From the IMG/VR virus record IMGVR_UViG_2791355488_000009: a stretch of 20,000 nt of DNA; one strand, given 5' to 3'. Positions 1 to 8,300 of this stretch are shown here, piece after piece. The notes beneath the pieces were generated by a model that did not search any database, was not told where the DNA came from, and saw only the letters and a list, made by a program, of their open reading frames with translations. The stretch is from an uncultured virus (IMG/VR IMGVR_UViG_2791355488_000009). Lineage: Duplodnaviria > Heunggongvirae > Uroviricota > Caudoviricetes. The translations under genes were made by a program, and so were the position numbers. Every line of letters begins with the position of its first letter. Position 1 is the stretch's first letter.

Positions 1-333
1 GACCTGTTGGAAGACTTTTACGTAAAAGATAAGAAGGGGATATATGAATATATTTTGGGTGGCTGTCTAGATTCACGATTATTGAATATTCGTATATTTG
101 CTGAACCTACAAAAACAAGTGTATATCAATCACAAACAAGTAATGCAAAAGAGCAAGGAGTTTCTAACTGCCCATTATGTGCTATTGGCAGTAATAACAA
201 TAAAAGTAGAATATACAAGCAGAGCGAAATGGATGCAGACCATGTCACAGCTTGGAGCAAAGGTGGTTCAACGGATGTAGGCAATTGTCAGATGCTTTGT
301 AAAACTCATAATAGAGCAAAGGGTAATAAATAG
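1..333 (+). CDS. C-terminal part of an HNH endonuclease-domain protein (possibly GmrSD/DUF262-type), 5'-truncated by the window edge
   Basis: Frame is open from base 1 to TAG at 331-333; HNH signature CPLC...EMDADHVTAWSKGGSTDVGNCQMLCKTHNRAKGN. The GmrSD/DUF262 link is an inference because the N-terminus is not visible. Confidence 0.8.
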   Translation, partial: DLLEDFYVKDKKGIYEYILGGCLDSRLLNIRIFAEPTKTSVYQSQTSNAKEQGVSNCPLCAIGSNNNKSRIYKQSEMDADHVTAWSKGGSTDVGNCQMLCKTHNRAKGNK

Positions 334-488
334 AATCACGACATATCAAAACACTTTTATACAATAAACTATATTTCTTAGATTGATTCATTGATATGTT
401 TCCACATACGCAAGCCCTCAGTGGATATGTTCCCTCAAAGACAATAATGTTCAAGTGACTAATTTTTGACAGCTATGACTTCCTCTTA

Positions 489-499
489 ACACATGTAGA
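489..499 (+). repeat. Left att core (ACACATGTAGA)
   Basis: 10/11 identical direct repeat of 19607-19617; the two copies bracket the ICE genes. Confidence 0.8.
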
Positions 500-533
500 G
501 ACTATCGTGTTGATACAACGAGCAGATACGTAG
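489..533 (+). pseudogene. rlmD: Element-borne RlmD/RumA-like replacement C-terminus (THVETIVLIQRADT*)
   Basis: aca cat gta gag act atc gtg ttg ata caa cga gca gat acg tag; resembles the DMFPxTxHVExV end motif of 23S rRNA m5U methyltransferases. Confidence 0.7.
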
Positions 534-670
534 AAATCCTTAGTTTTAGGCACTTTTTCAAGCATATCGTCTTTACTGGTGAGGGGGATAAAATCAGAAA
601 TAAAGTGATTAAAAATTATATCAATGTTTCTGTGGTGGTTGATATAGAGTGTGGGGATACAACGAAATAA
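491..670 (+). other. Start-less reading frame that would form the recombinase C-terminus in the excised circle
   Basis: 59 sense codons then TAA (668-670); same phase relative to the att core as the recombinase at 19609. Confidence 0.6.
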
Positions 671-720
671 AGATTAAGATTTAAGGGGTACTGTAAAATG
701 GTACTCCTTTTCTCTTGTTC

Positions 721-750
721 AAGGCGTTCAGAAATGAGCGTCTTTTTTCT
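721..750 (+). terminator. Intrinsic terminator at the left end of the ICE
   Basis: AAGGCGTTCA-GAAA-TGAGCGTCTT followed by TTTTCT. Confidence 0.7.
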
Positions 751-860
751 TGCCAAAAACCAGAAAGGAAGTGATACCATATCACAGCCAAAACAGCAGG
801 AGCGTTCGCCGCCCATAATTATTTTTGAACGCCAGTCAGATGAAAACTGGCAGGAATACT

Positions 861-980
861 CCTTATTCTGCTTAATTGCGCTCTTACCTGTCTGAATGGG
901 ATTTGTCAAGGGTGCGAAGCACAAAGCCTGCCCTTGATAAATTTCATTTAGACGGGTATTATCCGCAAAGCAGAATGAGG
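861..980 (+). other. Long imperfect hairpin, candidate single-strand origin or leader RNA structure
   Basis: 885-912 pairs with 931-958 using only Watson-Crick and G-T pairs; 861-880 pairs with 964-980. Confidence 0.5.
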
Positions 981-1030
981 TTATGTGTCACATGAAAACA
1001 TTCATTTTTAGAAAGGAAAGGTAAAAACAT

Positions 1031-1345
1031 ATGGAACTGAAATTTGTTATCCCAAACGTAGAAAAGACATTTGGCAGTCTGGAATTTGCCGGAGAAAACA
1101 AAGTGGAACAGCGAAGAATCAACGGAAAAATGACCCTGCTGTCACGCAGCTTTAACCTATACTCGGACATTCAGAGGGCAGACGATATTCTTGTGATTCT
1201 TCCGGCAGAAGCAGGTGAAAAGCATTTTGACTTTGAAGAAAAAGTAAAGTTGCTTAACCCACGTATTACGGCAGAGGGCTATAAAATTGGTACTCGTGGT
1301 TTCACGAATTATATTTTGCACGCTGACGATTTGGTAAAAGCATAA
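1031..1345 (+). CDS. Tn916 Orf23-like protein (YdcP/DUF961 family, HelP-like)
   Basis: 104 aa MELKFVIPNVEKTFGSLEFAGE...GTRGFTNYILHADD resembles Orf23; SD-like AAAGGAAAGG upstream; first gene of the module. Confidence 0.9.
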   Translation: MELKFVIPNVEKTFGSLEFAGENKVEQRRINGKMTLLSRSFNLYSDIQRADDILVILPAEAGEKHFDFEEKVKLLNPRITAEGYKIGTRGFTNYILHADDLVKA

Positions 1346-1365
1346 GGAAAGAGAGGAATTATTCT

Positions 1366-1749
1366 ATGAGATTAGCAAACGGAATTGTAATTGATAAGGA
1401 CGCAACCTTTGGTATGTTAAAGTTTTCTGCTCTCCGTCGTGAGGTTCATATTCAGAATGAGGACGGAACCGTATCAGACGAAATTAAGGAGCGAACCTAT
1501 GATTTGAAATCAAAAGGTCAGGGCTGCATGATTCAGGTCAGTATTCCTGCAACTGTGCCGTTGAAAGAGTTTGATTATAATGCAGAAGTGGAGCTTGTCA
1601 ATCCGGTAGCGGATACGGTGGCGACAGCTACCTTTCAAGGGGCAACTGTGGACTGGTATATCAAAGCAGAGGATATTATCTTGAAAAAGGGTGCTGCTTC
1701 TGCCGGAAATCCGCAGCCGCCGAAAAAGGATATGTCTGCCGGAAAGTAA
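1366..1749 (+). CDS. Tn916 Orf22-like protein (YdcP/DUF961 family)
   Basis: 127 aa MRLANGIVIDKDATFG.LKFSALRREV...ERTYDLKSKGQG; SD GAGGA; synteny. Confidence 0.9.
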   Translation: MRLANGIVIDKDATFGMLKFSALRREVHIQNEDGTVSDEIKERTYDLKSKGQGCMIQVSIPATVPLKEFDYNAEVELVNPVADTVATATFQGATVDWYIKAEDIILKKGAASAGNPQPPKKDMSAGK

Positions 1750-1801
1750 AAGTTCCTATTAAGCAGGAGCTTTCAAAGCAAAGAAAAGGAGTGATTCAGA
1801 C

Positions 1802-3196
1802 ATGAAACAGTCTTTCTTCCGTGGAAAGCGGATTCGCTCCACGGACAAGGAGTTAGTTTTCCATGTTACCCTTGCCGCCCTCCTTCCGGTCTTTCTGCTG
1901 ATTGTTCTGCTGTTTCATGGCAAGGCAATCATGCAGATGGACTGGAAGAACAGCTCTCTTTTGCAGATAAGCAACATCAGTTTCCCTTATCTACTTATCA
2001 GCATGGGCGTGGCAGGCATCATATGTCTGGCATTGGCTGTGCTGTTTTATCATTATCGTCGTGATGATGTGAAACAGCTCTATCACCGTCAAAAACTGGC
2101 GAAAATGATTCTGGAAAACAAGTGGTATGAAGCAGAGCAGGTACAATCTGACGGATTCTTTAAAGACCTATCTTCCAGCCGTACTAAAGAGAAAATTACC
2201 TATTTCCCAAAACTGTACTATCAGCTTCAAAACGGGCTGATTCACATTCGGGTAGAAATTACGTTGGGGAAATATCAAGACCAGCTTTTGCATTTGGAAA
2301 AGAAGCTGGAAAGTGGCTTGTACTGTGAGCTGACCGACAAAGAATTAAAGGATTCCTATGTGGAATATACCCTGCTCTATGATACCATTGCAAACCGGAT
2401 TTTCATAGAAGACGTACAGGCACAGGGCGGCAGGCTCCGATTGATGAAAAATGTGTGGTGGGAGTATGACAAGCTCCCCCATATGCTCATTGCTGGGGGA
2501 ACGGGCGGCGGCAAAACATACTTTATCCTGACACTGGTGGAAGCCCTGCTCCGCACCAATGCCGTACTTTTTATCTTAGACCCGAAGAACGCTGACCTTG
2601 CCGATTTACAAACCGTTATGCCAAATGTCTACTATAAAAAAGAGGATATGCTTGCCTGCATTGATTCGTTCTATGAAGAAATGATGAAGCGCAGCGAAGA
2701 TATGAAGCAGATGGAGGGCTACAAGACAGGTGAAAACTATGCCTACTTAGGACTTCCAGCTCATTTTCTTATCTTTGATGAATATGTTGCGTTTATGGAA
2801 ATGCTGGGAACCAAAGAAAACACTGCTGTTTTGAATAAACTGAAACAGATTGTCATGCTGGGACGGCAGGCAGGCTTTTTTCTCATTCTTGCCTGCCAGC
2901 GTCCAGACGCAAAATATTTAGGGGACGGAATCCGTGACCAGTTTAATTTCCGTGTCGCTTTGGGACGTATGTCAGAAATGGGTTACGGTATGATGTTTGG
3001 GGAAACCGACAAGGACTTTTTCTTAAAGCAGATAAAGGGACGTGGCTATGTAGATACAGGAACTAGCGTCATATCGGAGTTTTACACACCTCTTGTACCA
3101 AAAGGACATGACTTTTTAAAAGAAATAAAAGTTCTGATAGACAGCAGGCAGGCGGCACAGGCGGCGTGCGAAGCGAAAGCCGCAGGTGCAGACTGA
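1802..3196 (+). CDS. FtsK/SpoIIIE-family coupling protein (Orf21/TcpA-like)
   Basis: Two N-terminal hydrophobic segments, Walker A GGTGGGKT, Walker B LIFDE, LGRQAG and QRPD motifs; SD AAGGAG. Confidence 0.93.
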   Translation: MKQSFFRGKRIRSTDKELVFHVTLAALLPVFLLIVLLFHGKAIMQMDWKNSSLLQISNISFPYLLISMGVAGIICLALAVLFYHYRRDDVKQLYHRQKLAKMILENKWYEAEQVQSDGFFKDLSSSRTKEKITYFPKLYYQLQNGLIHIRVEITLGKYQDQLLHLEKKLESGLYCELTDKELKDSYVEYTLLYDTIANRIFIEDVQAQGGRLRLMKNVWWEYDKLPHMLIAGGTGGGKTYFILTLVEALLRTNAVLFILDPKNADLADLQTVMPNVYYKKEDMLACIDSFYEEMMKRSEDMKQMEGYKTGENYAYLGLPAHFLIFDEYVAFMEMLGTKENTAVLNKLKQIVMLGRQAGFFLILACQRPDAKYLGDGIRDQFNFRVALGRMSEMGYGMMFGETDKDFFLKQIKGRGYVDTGTSVISEFYTPLVPKGHDFLKEIKVLIDSRQAAQAACEAKAAGAD

Positions 3197-3203
3197 CTAG
3201 CTG

Positions 3204-3258
3204 GCTGGTGTGGCGTAAGCCACGCCAGCACAGAACCCCCCGTATCTAACAGGGGGGT
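3204..3258 (+). other. oriT/nic region of the MOBT type
   Basis: Hairpin GCTGGTGTGGC-GTAA-GCCACGCCAGC (3204-3229), then ACCCCCC-GTATCTAACA-GGGGGGT (3235-3258) with CTAA in the loop, between coupling protein and relaxase as in Tn916/ICEBs1. Confidence 0.85.
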
Positions 3259-3385
3259 ACAAATCAACAGAAAACAGAATAAAAAAAGGCGAAAATCCTT
3301 TGTGGCATAAGGGTTTTCTATAAAAATGGCGTATGTCGGCTTGGTATGAAAAGTTGACATACGTTTTTTGATGGGAGGGATTTTA

Positions 3386-4588
3386 CTGAATATTAATACA
3401 TGGATACAGGAACTACGGGAAAAACGTTCCGCTTATGGCGTTTCCCAAAGAAGACTTGCGGTAGCTGCCGGAATCACACGCCAGTATTTAAGCGATATGG
3501 AAACTGGAAAGATAGTTCCATCAGAGGAATTGCAAATGTCCATTCTGGAAGCACTGGAACGTTTCAATCCTGATTCTCCGCTGGAACTGCTCTTTGACTA
3601 TGTGCGGATTCGCTTTCCAACGCTGGACGTAAAACACATTGTTCAGGACGTTTTGAAGTTAAAGCTGTCCTATCTGCTCCATCAGGATTATGGTTTTTAT
3701 TCCTATGCAGAGCATTATTCGCTGGGAGATATTTTCGTACTGGTATCCCCCGAACAGGAAAAGGGGGTTCTCTTGGAGCTAAAAGGGCGTGGCTGCCGCC
3801 AGTTTGAAAGCTATCTGCTGGCACAGGAACGAAGCTGGTATGAATTTTTTATGGATTGTCTGGTTGAGGGTGGTGTGATGAAGCGGCTTGACCTTGCCAT
3901 CAATGACAAGGCAGGCATTTTAAATATTCCAAACCTTACGGAAAAGTGCCGAAAAGAAGAATGTATCTCGGTCTTTCGTAGCTTTAAAAGTTACCGCAGC
4001 GGCGAACTGGTACGGCGTGAGGAAAAGGAATGTATGGGAAATACGCTTTATATCGGCTCTTTGCAAAGTGAAGTGTACTTTTGCATTTATGAAAAGGATT
4101 ATGAGCAGTACAAGAAAAACGATATTCCCATAGAAGAAGCAGAAATTAAAAACCGCTTTGAAATCCGGCTGAAAAATGAGCGTGCCTATCATGCTTTATG
4201 TGACCTGCTTTTTTATGACAATCCAGAACGCACCGCTTTCAAGATTATCAACCGATATGTCCGGTTCGTGGACAGGGATAATACAAAGCCTCGTTCCGAC
4301 TGGCAGCTCAACGAAGAATGGGCATGGTTTATCGGGGAGAATCGGGAAAGTATGAAGCTGACCACGAAGCCGGAGCCATATTCCTTTCAGCGTACCTTAA
4401 ACTGGCTTTCCCATCAGGTAGCCCCCACGTTAAAGGTAGCCATGAAAATAGATGAAATCAATCATACGCAGGTGGTAAAGGACATTATCACCCATGCAAA
4501 ATTAACGGAACGGCACAGAACCATTTTAAAACAGCAAGCCGCTTCTGTAGAAGAATTGATTGTCAAGGAAACAGATATTGCCCTGTAA
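3386..4588 (+). CDS. mobT: MOBT relaxase (Orf20-like; XRE HTH plus Rep_trans domain)
   Basis: N-terminal HTH (LREKRSAYGVSQRRLAVAAGITRQYLSDMETG); Rep_trans motifs RLDLAIND, TLYIGS, CIYEKDYEQ, NRFEIRL. Start uncertain: CTG 3386 follows GGAGG at 3374-3378, while the ORF track starts at 3368. Confidence 0.92.
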   Translation: MNINTWIQELREKRSAYGVSQRRLAVAAGITRQYLSDMETGKIVPSEELQMSILEALERFNPDSPLELLFDYVRIRFPTLDVKHIVQDVLKLKLSYLLHQDYGFYSYAEHYSLGDIFVLVSPEQEKGVLLELKGRGCRQFESYLLAQERSWYEFFMDCLVEGGVMKRLDLAINDKAGILNIPNLTEKCRKEECISVFRSFKSYRSGELVRREEKECMGNTLYIGSLQSEVYFCIYEKDYEQYKKNDIPIEEAEIKNRFEIRLKNERAYHALCDLLFYDNPERTAFKIINRYVRFVDRDNTKPRSDWQLNEEWAWFIGENRESMKLTTKPEPYSFQRTLNWLSHQVAPTLKVAMKIDEINHTQVVKDIITHAKLTERHRTILKQQAASVEELIVKETDIAL

Positions 4589-4615
4589 TTCGGGCAAAAA
4601 GAAAGGAGCAATTTT

Positions 4616-4837
4616 ATGAATTTCGGACAGAACTTATACAACTGGTTTTTAACCAATGCACAATCGATGGTCTTGCTGGCAATCGTAGTCATTGGATTGT
4701 ACTTAGGCTTTAAGCGTGAATTTTCCAAACTGATTGGATTTTTGGTGATTGCCTTAATTGCGGTTGGGTTGGTATTCAATGCTGCCGGCGTAAAAGATAT
4801 TTTGCTGGAACTGTTCAATAAGATTATCGGAGCATAA
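4616..4837 (+). CDS. Tn916 Orf19-like small membrane protein
   Basis: 73 aa MNFGQNLYNWFL... with two hydrophobic segments; SD AAAGGAG; synteny. Confidence 0.9.
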   Translation: MNFGQNLYNWFLTNAQSMVLLAIVVIGLYLGFKREFSKLIGFLVIALIAVGLVFNAAGVKDILLELFNKIIGA

Positions 4838-4886
4838 TGTAAAACAACCCAATCATTTTCAAGCAGAAAGGACGTGAGAATTTCAC

Positions 4887-5387
4887 ATGGAAATGCAGGT
4901 TTATATCTCGAACCTCGGTAAATACAATGAGGGTGAATTGGTCGGTGCATGGTTCACCCCTCCCATTGACCCCGAAGATGTAAAAGAAAAAATCGGGCTG
5001 AACAGTGAATATGAGGAATACGCTATTCATGATTATGAGCTGCCGTTTGATATTAACGAGTATACAACCATTGAGGACATTAACCGCCTGTGTGCTTTGG
5101 CGGAAGAACTTTCGGGTACACCGATTGAATCCGAAATGAAAGAGATTCAGCAAGCCTTTTTTAGCAGCTTTGAAGAAATGGCAGAACACGCAGACGACAT
5201 TATCTGCTATCCCAATTGTGATGATATGGCAGACGTGGCAAGATACTTTATTGAAGAAACGGGAGCCTTGGGCGAAGTGCCTGCCAGTCTTCAAAACTAT
5301 ATTGACTATGAAGCCTATGGGCGTGACTTGGAGCTGGACGGCAACTTTCTAGTCACGGCTCATGGCGTATTTGAATATGCAGGATAG
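4887..5387 (+). CDS. ardA: Antirestriction protein ArdA (Orf18-like)
   Basis: Very acidic 166 aa protein; motifs VYISNLGKYNEGELVGAW, EEYAIHDYE, YIDYEAYGRDL. Confidence 0.93.
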   Translation: MEMQVYISNLGKYNEGELVGAWFTPPIDPEDVKEKIGLNSEYEEYAIHDYELPFDINEYTTIEDINRLCALAEELSGTPIESEMKEIQQAFFSSFEEMAEHADDIICYPNCDDMADVARYFIEETGALGEVPASLQNYIDYEAYGRDLELDGNFLVTAHGVFEYAG

Positions 5388-5406
5388 CAACATAACGTAA
5401 CTTTAT

Positions 5407-5437
5407 GGGCAGTTCTTTTTTAGGGACTGCCCTTTTT
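5407..5437 (+). terminator. Terminator-like hairpin after ardA, inside the transfer operon
   Basis: GGGCAGTTC...GGACTGCCC followed by TTTTT. Confidence 0.6.
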
Positions 5438-5470
5438 CATGGAAATTTTGAAAAGAAAGGACAGGTTTTT

Positions 5471-5863
5471 ATGAAGAAAATACGAAGCTATACCAGTATC
5501 TGGTCGGTGGAAAAAGTGCTTTACTCCATCAATGACTTTAAGCTGCCGTTTCCTATCACCTTTACCCAAATGACGTGGTTTGTGGTGTCACTGTTTCTGG
5601 TGATACTCTTTGGCAGCTTGCCGCCGCTATCTCTGATAGACGGGGCTTTTCTCAAATACTTTGGGATTCCGCTTGCCATTACCTGGTTCATGAGCCAGAA
5701 AACCTTTGACGGAAAGAAGCCTTACGGTTTTCTAAAGTCAGTCGTGACCTATCTGGCACGCCCCAAAATCACCTATGCCGGAAAGCCTGTGAAGCTGCAA
5801 ACAAAGCGGCATACCGAAGCCATCACAGCAGTTAGGAGTGAAGTCTATGACGTATCCAATTAA
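5471..5863 (+). CDS. Orf17/TcpE-like conjugal transfer membrane protein
   Basis: MKKIRSYTSIWSVEKVLYSINDFKLPFP...KTFDGKKPYGFL; ATG 5471 after AAAGGA is preferred over 5405. Confidence 0.88.
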   Translation: MKKIRSYTSIWSVEKVLYSINDFKLPFPITFTQMTWFVVSLFLVILFGSLPPLSLIDGAFLKYFGIPLAITWFMSQKTFDGKKPYGFLKSVVTYLARPKITYAGKPVKLQTKRHTEAITAVRSEVYDVSN

Positions 5864-8300
5864 ATATATTGAAAACAATCTGGTCTGGAACCATGACGGG
5901 GAGTGCTATGCCTACTATGAGCTGATTCCCTACAATTACTCGTTCCTAAGTCCAGAACAGAAATTTCAGGTACATGATTCCTTTCGTCAGCTCATTGCAC
6001 AAAACCGTGACGGGAAAATTCATGCCCTGCAAATCAGCACGGAATCCAGCATACGAGCGGCGCAGGAACGCTCCAAACAGGAAGTGACAGGCAGATTAAA
6101 GGAAATTGCCTATGAAAAGATTGACCAACAGACAGAAGCCCTTGTTTCCATGATTGGAGAAAATCAGGTGGATTACCGCTTTTTTCTTGGGTTTAAGCTG
6201 CTTTTAAATGAGCAGGAAGTCACGGTGAAAAATATTGGAAAAGACATGGCAAATACTTTTTCTGATTTTGTTCATGAGGTGAACCACAAGCTCATGGGAG
6301 ATTTTGTTTCCATGAGCAATGATGAAATTGGACGTTTTTCTAAAATGGAAAAACTGCTGGAAAATAAGATTTCCCGACGCTTTAAAATCCGACGCTTAAA
6401 TAAAAATGATTTTGGCTATCTCATGGAGCATTTACACGGACAGTCCGGCACAGCCTATGAGGATTACGAATATTCTCTGCCAAAGAAAAAGCTGAAAGGA
6501 AAAACGCTGGTAAAGCGGTATGACCTGATTCAGCCGACCCGTTGCCTGATAGAAGAAAATCAGCGGTATTTGAAGATTGAGCAGGAGGATTCTACCACCT
6601 ATGCCGCTTATTTTACGATTAACTCCATTGTAGGGGAACTGGATTTTCCCTCTTCTGAAATCTTTTATTATCAGCAACAGCAATTTACCTTTCCCATTGA
6701 CACCAGCATGAATGTGGAGATTGTGGCAAACAAAAAAGCCCTTACCACTGTCCGCAATAAGAAAAAGGAACTGAAAGACCTTGATAATCACGCATGGGAA
6801 AGTGACAGCGAAACCAGCAACAATGTGATGGAAGCCTTGGATACAGTCAATGAACTGGAAACCAATTTAGACCAGTCAAAGGAAGCCATGTATAAGCTCT
6901 CTTATGTGATAAGGGTATCGGCTCCTGATTTGGAAGAACTGAAACGCCGCTGCAATGAGGTGAAAGATTTCTACGACGATTTAAGCGTCAAGCTGGTGCG
7001 TCCCTTTGGAGATATGCTGGGGCTACACGGCGAATTTTTTCCTGCCAGCAAACGGTACATGAATGATTATATCCAGTATGTGACCTCTGATTTTCTGGCA
7101 GGCTTGGGCTTTGGAGCTACACAAATGTTAGGTGAAAATGAGGGTATCTACGTAGGCTACAGTCTGGATACCGGAAGAAATGTGTACCTAAAGCCTGCCC
7201 TTGCCAGTCAGGGTGTCAAAGGCTCTGTTACCAATGCCCTTGCTGCCGCTTTTGTAGGCTCGCTGGGCGGTGGTAAATCCTTTTCCAATAACATGATTGT
7301 GTACTACTCTGTTCTGTTTGGAGCGCAGGCAGTCATTGTAGACCCAAAGGCAGAACGTGGGAACTGGAAAGAAACCCTGCCGGAGATTGCAGAAGAAATC
7401 AATATTGTCAATCTTACCAGCGAAGACAGGAACAAAGGATTGCTTGACCCTTACGTCATTATGAAAAATCCAAAGGATTCGGAAAGCCTAGCCATTGATA
7501 TTTTAACCTTTTTAACGGGAATTTCATCCCGTGACGGCGAACGCTTTCCTGTCCTTAGAAAAGCCATACGTGCGGTAACAAACAGCGAAGAACGGGGATT
7601 GTTAAAAGTCATTGAGGAATTGAGGGTAGAAAATACACCTGTCAGTACCAGCATTGCTGACCATATCGAGAGCTTTACGGACTATGATTTTGCACAGCTT
7701 TTATTTTCCAATGGTGAAGTCACACAGTCCATCAGTTTGGAAAAGCAGCTGAATATTATACAGGTAGCGGATTTGGTGTTGCCGGACAAGGAAACCGGAT
7801 TTGAGGAATATACGACAATGGAGCTGCTTTCCGTTGCCATGCTTATTGTTATCAGTACCTTTGCTCTGGATTTTATCCATACTGACCGGAGCATTTTTAA
7901 GATTGTAGACCTTGACGAAGCATGGAGCTTTTTACAGGTAGCGCAGGGAAAAACACTGTCTATGAAACTGGTGCGTGCCGGACGTGCCATGAATGCAGGG
8001 GTGTATTTTGTGACCCAAAACACCGACGATTTGTTGGACGAGAAGCTGAAGAACAATCTGGGGCTTAAATTTGCATTCCGTTCCACGGATATCAATGAGA
8101 TAAAGAAGACACTGACTTTTTTTGGCGTGGACGCAGAGGACGAAAATAACCAGAAACGATTACGTAACTTGGAAAACGGTCAGTGCCTGATTAGTGATTT
8201 ATATGGTCGTGTGGGTGTGATTCAGTTTCACCCGATATTTGAAGATTTGCTTCATGCCTTTGACACCCGTCCTCCGGTCAGAAAAGAGGTGGAATCATGA
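5847..8300 (+). CDS. VirB4-like conjugation ATPase (Orf16/TcpF-like)
   Basis: Walker A GSLGGGKS, VIVDPKAER, Walker B VDLDEAW, RAGRAMN; ATG 5847 after AGGAG. Confidence 0.93.
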   Translation: MTYPIKYIENNLVWNHDGECYAYYELIPYNYSFLSPEQKFQVHDSFRQLIAQNRDGKIHALQISTESSIRAAQERSKQEVTGRLKEIAYEKIDQQTEALVSMIGENQVDYRFFLGFKLLLNEQEVTVKNIGKDMANTFSDFVHEVNHKLMGDFVSMSNDEIGRFSKMEKLLENKISRRFKIRRLNKNDFGYLMEHLHGQSGTAYEDYEYSLPKKKLKGKTLVKRYDLIQPTRCLIEENQRYLKIEQEDSTTYAAYFTINSIVGELDFPSSEIFYYQQQQFTFPIDTSMNVEIVANKKALTTVRNKKKELKDLDNHAWESDSETSNNVMEALDTVNELETNLDQSKEAMYKLSYVIRVSAPDLEELKRRCNEVKDFYDDLSVKLVRPFGDMLGLHGEFFPASKRYMNDYIQYVTSDFLAGLGFGATQMLGENEGIYVGYSLDTGRNVYLKPALASQGVKGSVTNALAAAFVGSLGGGKSFSNNMIVYYSVLFGAQAVIVDPKAERGNWKETLPEIAEEINIVNLTSEDRNKGLLDPYVIMKNPKDSESLAIDILTFLTGISSRDGERFPVLRKAIRAVTNSEERGLLKVIEELRVENTPVSTSIADHIESFTDYDFAQLLFSNGEVTQSISLEKQLNIIQVADLVLPDKETGFEEYTTMELLSVAMLIVISTFALDFIHTDRSIFKIVDLDEAWSFLQVAQGKTLSMKLVRAGRAMNAGVYFVTQNTDDLLDEKLKNNLGLKFAFRSTDINEIKKTLTFFGVDAEDENNQKRLRNLENGQCLISDLYGRVGVIQFHPIFEDLLHAFDTRPPVRKEVES

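Noticed and set aside
698..895. 65 aa ORF, possible orf24-like peptide
   Set aside because: Runs through the terminator and long hairpin; the SD-like AAAGGAAG has no canonical start after it; no recognisable family.
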